Shown here in pieces: positions 11,685-23,890 of a stretch of 64,000 bases of DNA. How positions within the stretch are numbered: the first letter of the stretch is position 1; every line of letters starts with the position of its first letter. Source of the stretch: Raja brachyura. Lineage: Eukaryota. Below the pieces are notes generated by a model. That model saw only the letters and a program-made list of their open reading frames with translations, was not told the origin of the DNA and searched no databases. The position numbers and the translations under genes are program-made. The stretch covers positions 1 through 64,000 of the forward strand of contig CAUPSL010001504.1 in the NCBI GenBank assembly GCA_963514005.1, read 5' to 3'.

Positions 11685-14035
11685 TGAGTAATGAGGAAGG
11701 GTTAGTTAGCAGTCTTGTTGTGCGTGGCCCCTTGGGCAAGAGTGACCATAATATGGTTGAGTTCTTCATTAGGATGGAGAGTGACAAAATTAAGTCAGAA
11801 ACAAGGGTTCTGAACTTGAACAAAGGTAACTTTGAAGGTATGAGATGTGAATTGGCCAAGATAGACTGGCAGGTGATTCTTAAAGGGTTGACAGTGGATG
11901 TGCAATGGAAGGTATTTAAAGACTGCATGGATGAAGTACAAAAGTTGTTCATACCAGTTTGGCAAAAGAATAAATCGGGGAAGGTGGTGCATCCATGGAT
12001 AACAAGGGAAATCAGGGATAGTATAAAAACAAAAGATGAGGCATACAAATTTGCCAGAAAAAGCAGCCTACCGGAGGACTGGGAGAAATTCAGAATCCAG
12101 CAGAGGAGGACAAAGGGCTTAATTAGGAAAGGGAAAATAGATTATGAAAGGAAACTGGCAGGGAACATAAAAACTGACTGCAAAAGTTTTTATAGATATG
12201 TAAAGAGAAAGAGACTAGTTAAAACAAATGTTGGTCCCTTGCAGTCAGAAACAGGTGAATTGATCATGGGGAACAAGGACATGGCAGACCAATTGAATAA
12301 CTACTTTGGTTCTGTCTTCACTAAGGAAGACATAAATAATCTGCCGGAAATAGCAGTGGAACGGGGGTCAAATAAGATGGAGGAACTGAGTGAAATCCAG
12401 GTTAGCCGGGAGGTGGTGTTGGGTAAATTGAACGGATTGAAGGCCGATAAATCCCCAGGGCCAGATAGTCTGCATCCCAGAGTACTCAAGGAGGTAGCCA
12501 CAGAAATAGTGGATGCTTTAGTGATAATTTTTCAAAATTCCTTAGATTCTGGAGTAGTTCCTGAGGATTGGAGGGTAGCTAATGTAACCCCACTTTTTAA
12601 AAAAGGAGGGAGAGAGAAAGCGGGGAATTACAGACCAGTTAGTCTAACATCGGTAGTGGGGAAACTGCTGGAGTCAGTTATTAAAGATGGGATAGCAGCG
12701 CATTTGGAAAGTGGTGAAATCATTGGACAAAGTCAGCATGGATTTACGAAAGGTAAATCATGTCTGACAAATCTGATAGAATTTTTCGAGGATGTAACTA
12801 GTAGAGTGGATAAGGGAGAACCAGTGGATGTGTTATATCTAGACTTTCAGAAGGCTTTCGACAAGGTCCCGCATAAGAGATTAGCATACAAACTTAAAGC
12901 ACACGGTATTGGGGGTTCAGTATTGATGTGGATAGAGAACTGGCTAGCAGACAGGAGGCAAAGGGTAGGAGTAAACGGGTCCTTTTCAGAATGGCAGGCA
13001 GTGACTAGTGGGGTACCGCAAGGCTCAGTGCTGGGACCCCAGCTATTTACAATATATATTAATGATTTGGACGAGGGAATTCAATGCAACATCTCCAAAT
13101 TTGCAGATGATACCAAGCTGGGGGGTATAGTTAGGTGTGAGGAGGATGCTTGGAGGCTGCAGGGTGATTTGGATAGGCTGAGTGAATGGGCAGATGCATG
13201 GCAGATGCAGTACAATGTGGATAAATGTGAGGTTATCCACTTTGGTGGCAAAAACATGAGGGTAGACTATTATCTGAATGGTGGCAGATTAGGTAAGGGG
13301 GAGATGCAACGAGACCTGGGTGTCATGGTACACCAGTCATTGAAAGTAGGCATGCAGGTGCAGCAGGCAGTGAAGAAAGCAAATGGTATGTTAGCATTCA
13401 TAGCGAAAGGATTTGAGTATAGGAGCAGGGAGGTTCTACTGCAGTTGTACAGGGTTTTGGTGAGGCCACACCTGGAGTACTGCGTACAGTTTTGGTCTCC
13501 AAATCTGAGGAAAGACATCCTTGCCATAGAGGGGGTACAGAGAAGATTCACCAGACTGATTCCTGGGATGTCAGGACTTTCATATGAGGAAAGATTGGAT
13601 AGACTCGGTTTGTACTCGATGGAATTTAGAAGATTGAGGGGGGATCTTATAGAAACCTACAAAATTCTTAAGGGGTTGGACAAGCTAGATGCTGGAAGAT
13701 TGTTCCCGATGTTGGGGGAGTCCAGAACAAGGGGTCACAGTCTAAGGATAAGGGGGAATTCCTTTAGGACCGAAATGAGGAAAACATTCTTTACACAGAG
13801 AGTGGTGAGTCTCTGGAATTCTCTGCCACAGAAGGTAGTTGAGGCCAGTTCATTGGCTATATTTAAGAGGGCGTTAGATGTGGCACTTGTGGCTAAAGGG
13901 ATCAGGGGGTATGGAGAGAAGGCAGGTACGGGATACTGAGTTGGATGATCAGCCATGATCACATTGAATGGCGGTGCAGGCTCGAAGGGCCGAATGGCCT
14001 ACTCCTGCACCTAATTTCTATGTTTCTATGTCTAT
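11685..14035 (+). mobile_element. Young 5'-truncated CR1 (subfamily B) with an uninterrupted ~750-aa RT ORF
   Basis: ORF 11669-13939 contains [29 protein letters not shown] and FADD, followed by an intact 3' UTR and tail. Confidence 0.95.
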
Positions 14036-15410
14036 GTTGTTCCATTGTTTAAAAAGGGTTCAAAGAATAAACCTAGCAATTATAGACCTGTTAGTTTGAC
14101 GTCAGTGGTGGGCAAATTAATGGAAAGGATACTTAGAGATAATATATATAAGCATCTGGATAAACAGGGTCTGATCAAGAACAGTCAACATGGATTTGTG
14201 CCTGGAAGGTCATGTTTGACAAACCTTCTTGAATTTTTTGAAGAGGTTACTAGGGAAATTGATGAAGGTAAAACAGTGGATGTTGTCTATATGGATTTCA
14301 GTAAGGCCTTTGACAAGGTTCCCCATGGAAGGTTGGTTAAGAAGGTTCAATCTTTGGGTGTTAATGGCGGAGTAGCAAGATGGATTCAACAGTGGCTGAA
14401 TGGGAGATGCCAGAGAGTAATGGTGGATGCCTGTTTGTCAGGTTGGAAGCCGGTGACCAGTGGGGTGCCTCAGGGATCTGTGTTGGGTCCACTGTTGTTT
14501 GTCATGTACATCAATGATCTAGACGATGGGGTGGAAAATTGGATAAGTAAGTATGCAGATGATACTAAGATAGGTGGTGTTGTGGATAATGAAGTAGATT
14601 TTCAAAGTCTACAGAGAGATTTGGGCCATTTGGAAGAGTGGGCTGAAAGATGGCAGATGGAGTTTAAAGCTGATAAGTGTGAGGTGCTACATCTTGGCAG
14701 GACAAATCAAAATAGGACGTACATGGTAAATGGTAGGGAATTGAGGAATGCAGTGGAACAGAGGGATCTGGGAATAACTGTGCATAGTTCCCTGAAGGTG
14801 GAATCACATGTAGATAGGGTGGTAAAGAAAGCTTTTGGTGTGCTGGCCTTTATAAATCAGAGCATTGAATATAGGAGTAGGGAAGTAATGTTAAAATTGG
14901 AAAAGGCATTGGTGAGACCAATTCTGGAGTATGGTGTACAATTTTGGTCGCCTAATTATAGGAAGGATGTCAACAAAATAGAGAGAGTACAGAGGAGATT
15001 TACTAGAATGTTGCCTGCGTTCCAGCAACTAAGTTACAGAGAAAGGTTGAACAAGTTAGGTCTTTATTCTTTGGAGCGCAGAAGGTTAAGGGGGGACTTG
15101 ATTGAGGTCTTTAAAATGATGAAAGAGATAGACAGAGTTGATGTGGAGGGTAGGGAAGATTCAAGCAAGGGGGCATGACTTGAGAATTAAGGGACAGAAG
15201 TTTAGGGGTAACATGAGGGGGAACTTCTTTACTCAGAGAGTGGTGGCTGTGTGGAGTGAGCTTCCAGCAGAAGTGGTGGAGGCAGGATCGATTTTAACAT
15301 TTAAAAGTAAAGTGGATAGGTATATGGACATGAAGGGAATGGAGGGGTATGGTCTGAGTGCAGGTAGATGGGACTAGGGGAAAATAAATGGTCGGCACGG
15401 ACTGGAACAC

Positions 15411-15895
15411 GGACTGATTCCTGGGATGTCAGGACTTTCATATGAGGAAAGATTGGATAGACTCGGTTTGTACTCGATGGAATTTAGAAGATTGAGGGGG
15501 GATCTTATAGAAACCTACAAAATTCTTAAGGGGTTGGACAAGCTAGATGCTGGAAGATTGTTCCCGATGTTGGGGGAGTCCAGAACAAGGGGTCACAGTC
15601 TAAGGATAAGGGGGAATTCCTTTAGGACCGAAATGAGGAAAACATTCTTTACACAGAGAGTGGTGAGTCTCTGGAATTCTCTGCCACAGAAGGTAGTTGA
15701 GGCCAGTTCATTGGCTATATTTAAGAGGGCGTTAGATGTGGCACTTGTGGCTAAAGGGATCAGGGGGTATGGAGAGAAGGCAGGTACGGGATACTGAGTT
15801 GGATGATCAGCCATGATCACATTGAATGGCGGTGCAGGCTTGAAGGGCCGAATGGCCTACTCCTGCACCTATTGTCTATGTTTCTATGTTTCTAT
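15411..15895 (+). mobile_element. 5'-truncated CR1 subfamily B copy inserted in the 3' UTR of subfamily A
   Basis: Protein 15426-15797 is identical to the C-terminus of 11669-13939. Confidence 0.92.
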
Positions 15896-16019
15896 GGAAG
15901 GGCCAAGAGGGCCTGTTTCCGTGCGGTAATTGTTATATGGTTTATATGGTTAAAATTAAAGGTAGACGAAAATGCTGGAGAAACTCAGCGGGTGAGGCAG
16001 CATCTATGGAGCGAAGGAA

Positions 16020-17145
16020 ATAGAAACATAGAAAATAGGTGCAGGAGGAGGCTATTCAGCCCTTCGAGCCAGCACCGCCATTCATTGTGATCATGGCTGA
16101 TCATCCCCAATCAATAACCCGTGCCTGCCTTCTCCCCATATCCCTTGACTCCACCAGCCCCTAGAGCTCTATCTAACTCTCTCTTAAAGCCATCCAGTGA
16201 TTTGGCCTCCACTGCCCTCTGTGTCAGGGAATTCCATAAATTCACAACTCTCTGGGTGAATACATTTTTCTCACCTCAGTCTTAAATGACCTCCCCTTTA
16301 TTCTAAGACTGTGGCCCCTGGTTCTGGACTCGCCCAACATTGGGAACATTTTTCCTGCATCTAGCTTGTCCAGTCCTTTTATAATTTTATATGTTTCTAT
16401 AAGATCCCCCCCCTCATCCTTCTAAACTCCAGTGAATACAAGCCTAGTCTTTTCAATCTTTCTTCATATGACTGTCCCGCCATCCCAGGGATCAATCTCG
16501 TGAACCTACGCTGCACTGCCTCAATCACAAGGATGTCCTTCCTCAAATTAGGAGACCAAAACTGTACACAATACTCCAGATGTGGTCTCACCAGAGCCCT
16601 ATACAACTGCAGAAGAACCTCTTTACTCCTGTACTGAAATCCTCTTGCTATGAAGGCCAACATTCCATTAGCTTTCTTCACTGCCTGCTGTACCTGCACG
16701 CCAACTTTCAGTGACCGGTGTACAAGGACACCCAGGTCTCGCTGCACCTCCCCCTTACCTAACCTAACCCCATTGAGATAATAATCTGCCCCCTTGTTTT
16801 TGCCGCCAAAGTGGATAACCTCACCTTTATCTATATTATACTGCACCTGCCATGCATCTGCCCACTCACTCAACCTGTCCAGGTCACCCTGCAACCTCCT
16901 AACATCCTCTTCACAGTTCACACTGCCACCCAGCTTTGTGTCATCTGCAAACTCGCTAGTGTTGCTCCTAATTCCCTCTTCCAAAACATTAATATATATG
17001 GTAAACAGTTGCGGCCCCAACACCGAGCCTTGCAGCACTCCACTCGCCACTGCCTGCCATTGTGAAAAGGACCCGTTCACTCCTACTCTTTGCTTCCGGT
17101 CTGCCAACCAATTTTCTATCCACGTCAACACCCTACCCCCAATAC
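16020..17145 (-). mobile_element. CR1 RT fragment
   Basis: ORF 16397-17239 (FADD, RPHLEYC). Confidence 0.9.
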
Positions 17146-17369
17146 GGGAAGACGAAAGGAAGAGGTGGAGACAGTGGGCTGAGGGAGAGCTGAGAAGGGG
17201 AGGGAGAAAGCAGGGACTACCTGAAATTGGAGAAGCCAATGTTCACACCGCTGGGGTGTAAACTACCCAAGTGAAATATGAGGTGCTGCTCCTCCAATTT
17301 ACAGTAGGCCTCACTCTGGCCATGGAGGAGGCCCAGGACAGAAAGGTCAGATTCGGAATGGCTGTGACA

Positions 17370-18005
17370 GAGAGAGAGGGTACAGAGAGGATTTACAAGG
17401 ATGTTGCCAGGACTAGAGGGTGTGAGCTACAGGGAGAAGTTGAGCAGGCTGGGTCTCTATTCCATGGAGCGCAGGAGGATGAGGGGAGATCTTATAGATA
17501 GAGGTGTATAAAATCATGAGAGGAATAGATCGGGTAGATGCACAGAGTCTCTTGCGCAGAGTAGGGGAATCGAGGACCAGAGGACACGGGTTTAAGGTGA
17601 AGGGGAAAAGATTTAATGGGAATCTGAGGGGTAACTTTTCCACACAGAGGGTGGTGGGTGTATGGAACAGGCTGCCAGAGGAGGTAGTTGAGACTGAGAT
17701 ATTCCTACCATTTAAAGAACGGACAGGTACATGGAGTCTGAAGAAGGGTCTCGACCTGAAACGTCGCCTATCTCCTTCGCTCCTTAGATGCTGCTGCACC
17801 CGCTGAGTTTCTCCAGCTTTTTGTGTAACCCTCGATTCTCCAGCATTTGCAGTTCCTTCTTTAACACAGGTACATGGATAGGACAGGTTTGGAGGGATAT
17901 GGGCCAAACAGGGCAGGTGAGACTAGTGTAGCTGGGACACGTTGGCCGGGGTGGGCAAGATGGGCTGAAGGGCCTGTTTCCACACTGTATAATTCTATGA
18001 CTCTA
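17370..18005 (+). mobile_element. CR1 3' fragment with an inserted Penelope end (~17735-17865)
   Basis: ORF 17504-17806; ctgaagaagggtctcgacctgaaacgtc at 17738. Confidence 0.8.
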
Positions 18006-18040
18006 TGAGAGAGTTTAACAGTTATTTTCCTCTGTTCTAG

Positions 18041-18337
18041 TTGAGCCAAACTAACCTGGAGTCAGACTGCTGGTTCCAGCACATGCAGAGACCGAGCGTG
18101 GCCACAAGGTCACCCTGGAGTGTGTGGTCTCTGGATTCTACCCAGACCTCATCAACGTCACTTGGAGTAAAGACGGCGCCCTGATCTCCAGCGACACTAG
18201 CGCTGCACCAAATGCTCTGGAGCAGGGGGGCACTTTCAGTGCCAGCCACTCCCTGACCACGAGTGCCGAGGATTGGATTCCATTGTACAATGCATCATGG
18301 CGCCTCCAACACCATCATCACGAAGGATGTAGGCAAG
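18041..18337 (+). pseudogene. IgW: Ig heavy-chain constant (C1-set) exon, IgW-type (homologous to IgNAR C3), pseudogenised
   Basis: Acceptor ttttcctctgttctag, phase 1. Translates (V)EPN*PGVRLLVPAHAETERGHKVTLECVVSGFYPDLINVTWSKDGALISSDTSAAPNALEQGGTFSASHSLTTSAEDW. In-frame TAA at 18052-18054, frameshift around the second Cys, donor gtaggc at 18338. Confidence 0.85.
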
Positions 18338-18365
18338 GTAGGCTCCTGGGATTCACTCCATTCTC

Positions 18366-19399
18366 TAGGTATGTTACAAAACTTACCTTGAGCAGCGCTG
18401 CAGTTCTGCCGCTCCCCGTGTGCGTGACTTTGGCGCCTTTCAGAGGGGGGCGGGCTTAAAGTGCCGTTTTTCTACAGACAGGGAAAATCGATCCATGTCG
18501 GGCGGTTTTGTTGCTGAAGAAAAATCGCTCCGACATTTCATTCATGAAGGTATTTTTAAATTATGCTAGATTATTTATTAACTAGAGTAATTTAAAAATC
18601 ACCTTCAAAAGCCGTGAGCGCCGACAACGGGAAGGATTTTGCGTAGGGGAGAAAAAAAGGTATACCGTTTATTTTTATATTAAAAGTTGTTTTTTTATGG
18701 AGGCTTTAATCACATTTTCATGTTGCGAAATGGGGTCCAAAAAATGTATGAACCGGCTGTATTTTTCCTCCCGACTTCACCGCAAACCGCAACGTTCCAA
18801 TCCACCGCATTCCACTAAAACCCACTCGCTAGTTGATTTAAATGGCCATTAATTTACAGGAATCAAACACTAAATTCCTTCCATTTGGCCCAGAAATTCA
18901 TGAAAATGAGATTTAAAAATTATGTTATATTGTGGATTATTGTGTGAATGTTATTTGGACACTTAGGCAATTTAAAAAAAGTTTATCTTTTCTTAAGAAA
19001 TGGATAGATGTTTAGATCTACTCATTGAATTTTGTAATTAGCTACAATTACATAACTAACTAATTATATGCTTTAATTTCAGGTCATCCAAGTAAGATTG
19101 TTTCATATTTGCTTCAGAATGCTTCAATCTATAATAACTGAAAATTTCATTGAGTTCCCTTAATTTTTAAGAAAGTTATGGGCTTCTAACTTTTCCAGAT
19201 CACAGCTTTTGAGTTAAGTCAATTGAAAGGCAATGGGGAACAAGATGCTAATTTCCGAGTATGAAAATGGCCATAACTTTCTTAATACTGAAGATATGAA
19301 AGTGAATTAGGTGTCAAATTAAACTTCTTTTTATGCTTTATCTGATAAGGGGATAAATTGCAGACTTGAATTTTTAAATCTCAACATTTTGTAACATTG
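18366..19399. mobile_element. AT-rich non-autonomous DNA element with short inverted ends and a 10-bp flanking direct repeat
   Basis: Ends (taggt)atgttacaaaa ... ttttgtaacat(tg); ctccattctc at 18356-18365 and 19400-19409. Confidence 0.7.
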
Positions 19400-19741
19400 C
19401 TCCATTCTCCACATTGTAAACTGTGCCACACACGGGCAACACTGTAACATGCTTCAGTCCTGTTGTGGGCTTGTAAGTGAGTCTGGCCACAGAAATAGTT
19501 GTATCTTTGACATTGATTTAGTAACTTGAGGGCAATCCAAGCCAGTCGACAGGCCCGACATGGTGGAGATCCACGATACTCTTCTTCAAAACGGTCTTTC
19601 CCTCTGCCGTTGTACTTAATGCCAGTGGGTGCCTCAGCTGTGACCAGCAGAGCAGCTCTCTCCCCGCCCCAGCGTGGCAACAGCCAGCCTGGGCAATGTG
19701 TAGCAGTCTCTGGGACAGGCTGGCTGTAACACACAACATTC

Positions 19742-21290
19742 CTGTAACTAGGAAAATGGACAAGGGGGAGCCAGCGGATGTAGTGTACCTGGACTTTCAG
19801 AAAGCATTTGATAAGGTCCCACATAGGAGATTAGTGGGCAAAATTAGGGCACATGGTATTGGGGGTAGAGTGCTGACATGGATAGAGAAATGGTTGGCTG
19901 ACAGGAAACAGAGAGTAGGGATTAACGGGTCCCTTTCAGAATGGCAGGCAGTGACAAGTGGGGAACCGCAAGGCTCGGTGCTGGGACCGCAGCTATTTAC
20001 AATATACATCAATGATTTGGATGAAGGGATTCATAGAAACATAGAAACATAGAAAATAGGTGCAGGAGTAGGCCATTCGGCCCTTCGAGCCTGCACCGCC
20101 ATTCAATGTGATCATGGCTGATCATCCAACTCAGTATCCCGTACCTGCCTTCTCTCCATACCCCCTGATCCCTTTAGCCACAAGTGCCACATCTAACGCC
20201 CTCTTAAATATAGCCAATGAACTGGCCTCAACTACCTTCTGAGGCAGAGAATTCCAGAGACTCACCACTCTCTGTGTAAAGAATGTTTTCCTCATTTCGG
20301 TCCTAAAGGAATTCCCCCTTATCCTTAGACTGTGACCCCTTGTTCTTATTCAAAGTAACATTAGCAAATATGCAGATGACACAGAGCTGGGTGACAGTGT
20401 GAACTGTGAGGAGGATGCTACGAGAATGCAGAGTGACTTGGACAGGTTGGGCGAGTGGGCAGATGCATGGCACATTTAATGCGGATAAATGTGAGGTTAA
20501 CCACTTTGGTGGCAAGAACAGGAAGGCAGATTACTATCTAAATTGTGTCAAGTTGGGAAAAGGGAAAGTACAACGGGATCTGGGGGTCCTTGTACATCAG
20601 TCTATGAAAGTAAGCGTGCAGGTACAGCAGGCAGTGAAGAAAGCCAATGGCATGTTGGCCTTTATAACAAGAGGAATCGAATATAGGAGCAAAGAGGTCC
20701 TTCTGCAGTTGTACAGGGCCCTAGTGAGACCAAACCTGGAGTATTGTGTGCAGTTTTGGTCCCCTAATTTGAGGAAGGACATTCTTGCTATTGAGGGAGC
20801 CCAGCGTAGGTTTACAAGGTTAATTCCCAGGATGGCGGGACTGTTATATGCTGAGAGAATGGAGCGGCTGGGCTTGTACACTCTGGAGTTTAGAAGGATG
20901 AGAGGGGATCTCATTAAAATATATAAGATTGTTAAGGGTTTGGACACGCTAGAGGCAGGAAACATGTTCCCGATGTTGGGGGGAGTCCAGAACCAGGGGC
21001 CACAGTTTAAGAATAAGGGGTCGGTCATTTAGGACGGAGATGAGGAAACACTTTTTCTCACAGAGAGTGGTGGGTCTGTGGAATTCTCTGCCTCAGAGGG
21101 CGATGGAGGCCGGTTTTCTGGATACTTTCAAGAGAGAGCTAGATAGGGCTCTTAAAGATAGCGGAGTCACGGGATATGGGGAGAAGGCAGGAACGGGGTA
21201 CTGATTGGGGATGATCAGCCGTGATCACATTGAATGGTGGTGCTGGCTCGAAGGGCCGAACGGCCTCCTCCTGCACCTGTTGTCTGACAA
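19742..21290 (+). mobile_element. CR1 RT fragment with a nested minus-strand CR1 end (20032-20346)
   Basis: ORFs 19696-20052 and 20406-21032. Confidence 0.9.
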
Positions 21291-21940
21291 AGCAGCAGGA
21301 GAGTTTAGTTACACCTCATGGAAACAGTTGTGACTAAATGAAAGGACACAAAGTGCTGGAGTAACTCAGCAGGTCAGGCAGCATCCCTGGAGGACATGGG
21401 GGGGTGAGGTTTGGGGTCGAGACCCTTCTTCACCCCACTCTGGACCACTCGCCACTAAATAAAATATTGCCGCTGCTTCTATTTTATAATATAAAGTGAA
21501 GAGCTTTCCGCTGACTGGTTAGCACGCAACAAACGCTATTCACTGTACCTCAGTACACGTGACAATAGACTGAACTGAACATTTTGACCTCGAACATTAG
21601 CTCGATTTGCCTCTCCAGAGGGAATTTTATACACTTGATACAGTAAATAGCTGGTAGCAGGTTCAGAGATCACAAAACTGTCAAATAATGTAAAGTCATC
21701 GTGTTGATTCAGCAGGGTTTCATTGTGGGATCGATAGGCATTTACTACCTGGCAGCTGAGGAAATTCAGATTCACTCTGAGGATCCTCCAGTGCTTCTAC
21801 TCTGGGGCTGTAGAAAGCATCTTGTCCGGCAACATCTCAATCTGGTTTGGGAACAGCTCTGCCCAGGACAGGAAGGCTCTGCAGAGAGTAGTGCGTTCGG
21901 CCGAACGCACTGTGGGATCTACACTCACCCCCCTGCAGGA

Positions 21941-22345
21941 CCTGGGATGTCAGGACTTTCATATGAGGAAAGACTGGATAGACACGGCTTGCACTCGCTG
22001 GAATTTACAAGATTGAGGGGGGATCTTATAGAAACTTACAAAATTCTTAAGGGGTTGGACAGGCTAGATGCAGGAAGATTGTTCCCGATGTTGGGGAGGT
22101 CTAGAACAAGGGGTCACAGTCTAAGGATAAGGGGGAATTCCAGAAGGTAGTTGAGGCCAGTTCATTGGCTATATTTAAGAGGGAGTTAGATGTGGCCCTT
22201 GTGGCTAAGGGGATCAGGGGGTATGGAGAGAAGGCAGGTACGGGATACTGAGTTGGATGATCAGCCATGATCATATTGAATGACGGTGCAGGCTCGAAGG
22301 GCCGAATGGCCTACTCCTGCACCTATTTTCTCTGATTCTATAATT
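21941..22345 (+). mobile_element. 5'-truncated, internally deleted CR1 within a Rex1-like fragment
   Basis: PGMSGLSYEERL... plus tail; the upstream ~21740-21940 reads ISIWFGNSSAQDRKALQRVVRSAE. Confidence 0.8.
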
Positions 22346-22810
22346 CTATGAATGTGTCCAAAACCTGCCACCATTGGGTGTTCTCACACCCACGCCTGGA
22401 CCAGATGAAGACAGAGATAGATTGTGGTTGTTAACTCCATTATCCCTGCTCCATGCGACCGTCAGGGTGACACAAGGTGAACTGTTTGGCCCGTGGTCTT
22501 TCCCAGCCCAGCTGTGACAATGTACCTGATGCAAGCTCCAAATCTGGCCAGATCTCCTGCGTCAGGTAGTCCTTGCTTTCTCCCTCTTTCCCCTTCCCTT
22601 CCCAGCTCTCCCACAGCCCACCTGTGTTTAGCTGTTTGGTTTCAGGGTAAATATTAGCTCAGGACTCTGAGCAGAACTCTCGTGGCAGTCATGTCGTGGC
22701 ATTCCTGACATCTACCTGAGAAGCACCTCCTTAAAGCCTCATCCCAACGACAGCAGCTTTCATGAGGTGACACTGCTCACCACTGAGCCACACATGACAT
22801 CTGTGTCTAA

Positions 22811-23055
22811 AGGGCCTGTCCCACCAGCATGCAACTCTATGCGATGAGCGCGACCTAACGTGGTCGCTTGAGCCGTCCGGAGTCGCGGGGCCGGTCCCAC
22901 TTCGATCGCCGGAGCCGTGCGGAATTGTGCGGAGTTCGTCCCGACATCGCGCGGGGCTCCGAAAAACTGACCATGTTCAAAAATTCCGCGCGGCAACGGC
23001 TTGTCGGCTCGCAGTCGCCTCGACACATTACACACCGCCTCGACGTTGTGCCTCC
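22811..23055. mobile_element. Truncated Harbinger-type MITE (left TIR only)
   Basis: taa|agggcctgtcccac matches the TIR at 7328. I found no right TIR; the element abuts the Ig exon. Confidence 0.65.
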
Positions 23056-23310
23056 GTGACCCTCTGTGTGTGTGCCTCTGTGCCCCTCTCTGTCCTGGCG
23101 AACTTACCGTCACTTGGGAGAAAGACGGAGCCCTGGTCTCCTCCACCACCAGCGCTACACCGACTGCTCTGGACCAGGGGGGGACTTTCAGTGCCAGCCA
23201 CTTCCTGACTGTGAGTTCAGAGGATTGGAAAAAAGGCTGAGTCTTCGGCTGTGCAGTGTCTCATCCCCCCTCCAACACCAGTATCAGTCGGGAAGTGAAA
23301 AGCTTTCAAG
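23056..23310 (+). pseudogene. IgW: Second IgW-type constant exon, 5'-truncated and pseudogenised
   Basis: Translates ...LTVTWEKDGALVSSTTSATPTALDQGGTFSASHFLTVSSEDWKKG*VFGCAVSHPPSNTSISREVKSFQ. TGA at 23238-23240, phase-1 donor caag|gtacgg at 23311; acceptor and first strands are lost. Confidence 0.85.
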
Positions 23311-23429
23311 GTACGGTGCTGGCATTCACTCCAATCATCACATTGTCACAAAATAGGGGCCAAGCAAATTTAACACTGAAGGACAGGTGTTGCAGTGTGT
23401 GAGTGAGTGAGAACCAAGAGGCCTGGACT

Positions 23430-23890
23430 AGGGTCAAGAGTGTTTTATTGTCATATGGCCCGGATGGAACAATAAAATTCTTCCCTGCTGCAGCACAACA
23501 GAATATGTGGATATGTAAATATAGTGCTTAATGAGAAAACGTTCACTAAATGACAAATATAGTATTTTGCAGTTCAGAGCTCAGAGCGTATTCGTTGTGT
23601 TTAATAGCCTGATGGCTGTGGGGAAGAAGATGTTCCTGAACCTGCACGTTACAGTATTCAGGCTCATGTCCCTTCTTCCTGATGGCAGCGGTGGAATGAG
23701 TGTGTGGCCAGGGTGGTGTGGGTGCTTGATGATGTTGGCTGGCTTTTTGAGGCAGCGACTGTGATAGATCCATCCGACGGTGGGGAGGTCAGAGCCGGTG
23801 ATGGACAGGGCAGTGGTCACAACTTTTTGTAGTATTTTTTCGCTCCTGGACGCTCAAGTTGCTGAACCAGGCCACGATGCAACCGGGACA
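23430..23890 (-). mobile_element. Rex1/Babar-type LINE 3' fragment
   Basis: SRCLKKPANIIKHPHHPGHTLIPPLPSGRR. Confidence 0.8.

Larger units (their letters stand above)
10756..15955 (+). mobile_element. CR1 LINE ORF2 (subfamily A; partial endonuclease plus RT), split by two younger CR1 insertions
   Basis: ORFs 10725-11216 (LDLLLAN...SDH), 11269-11658, 14045-15178 (YADD) and 15138-15377. The reading PEDWRTAH|VVPLFKKG is interrupted at ~11684 and resumes at ~14036. Confidence 0.9.
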
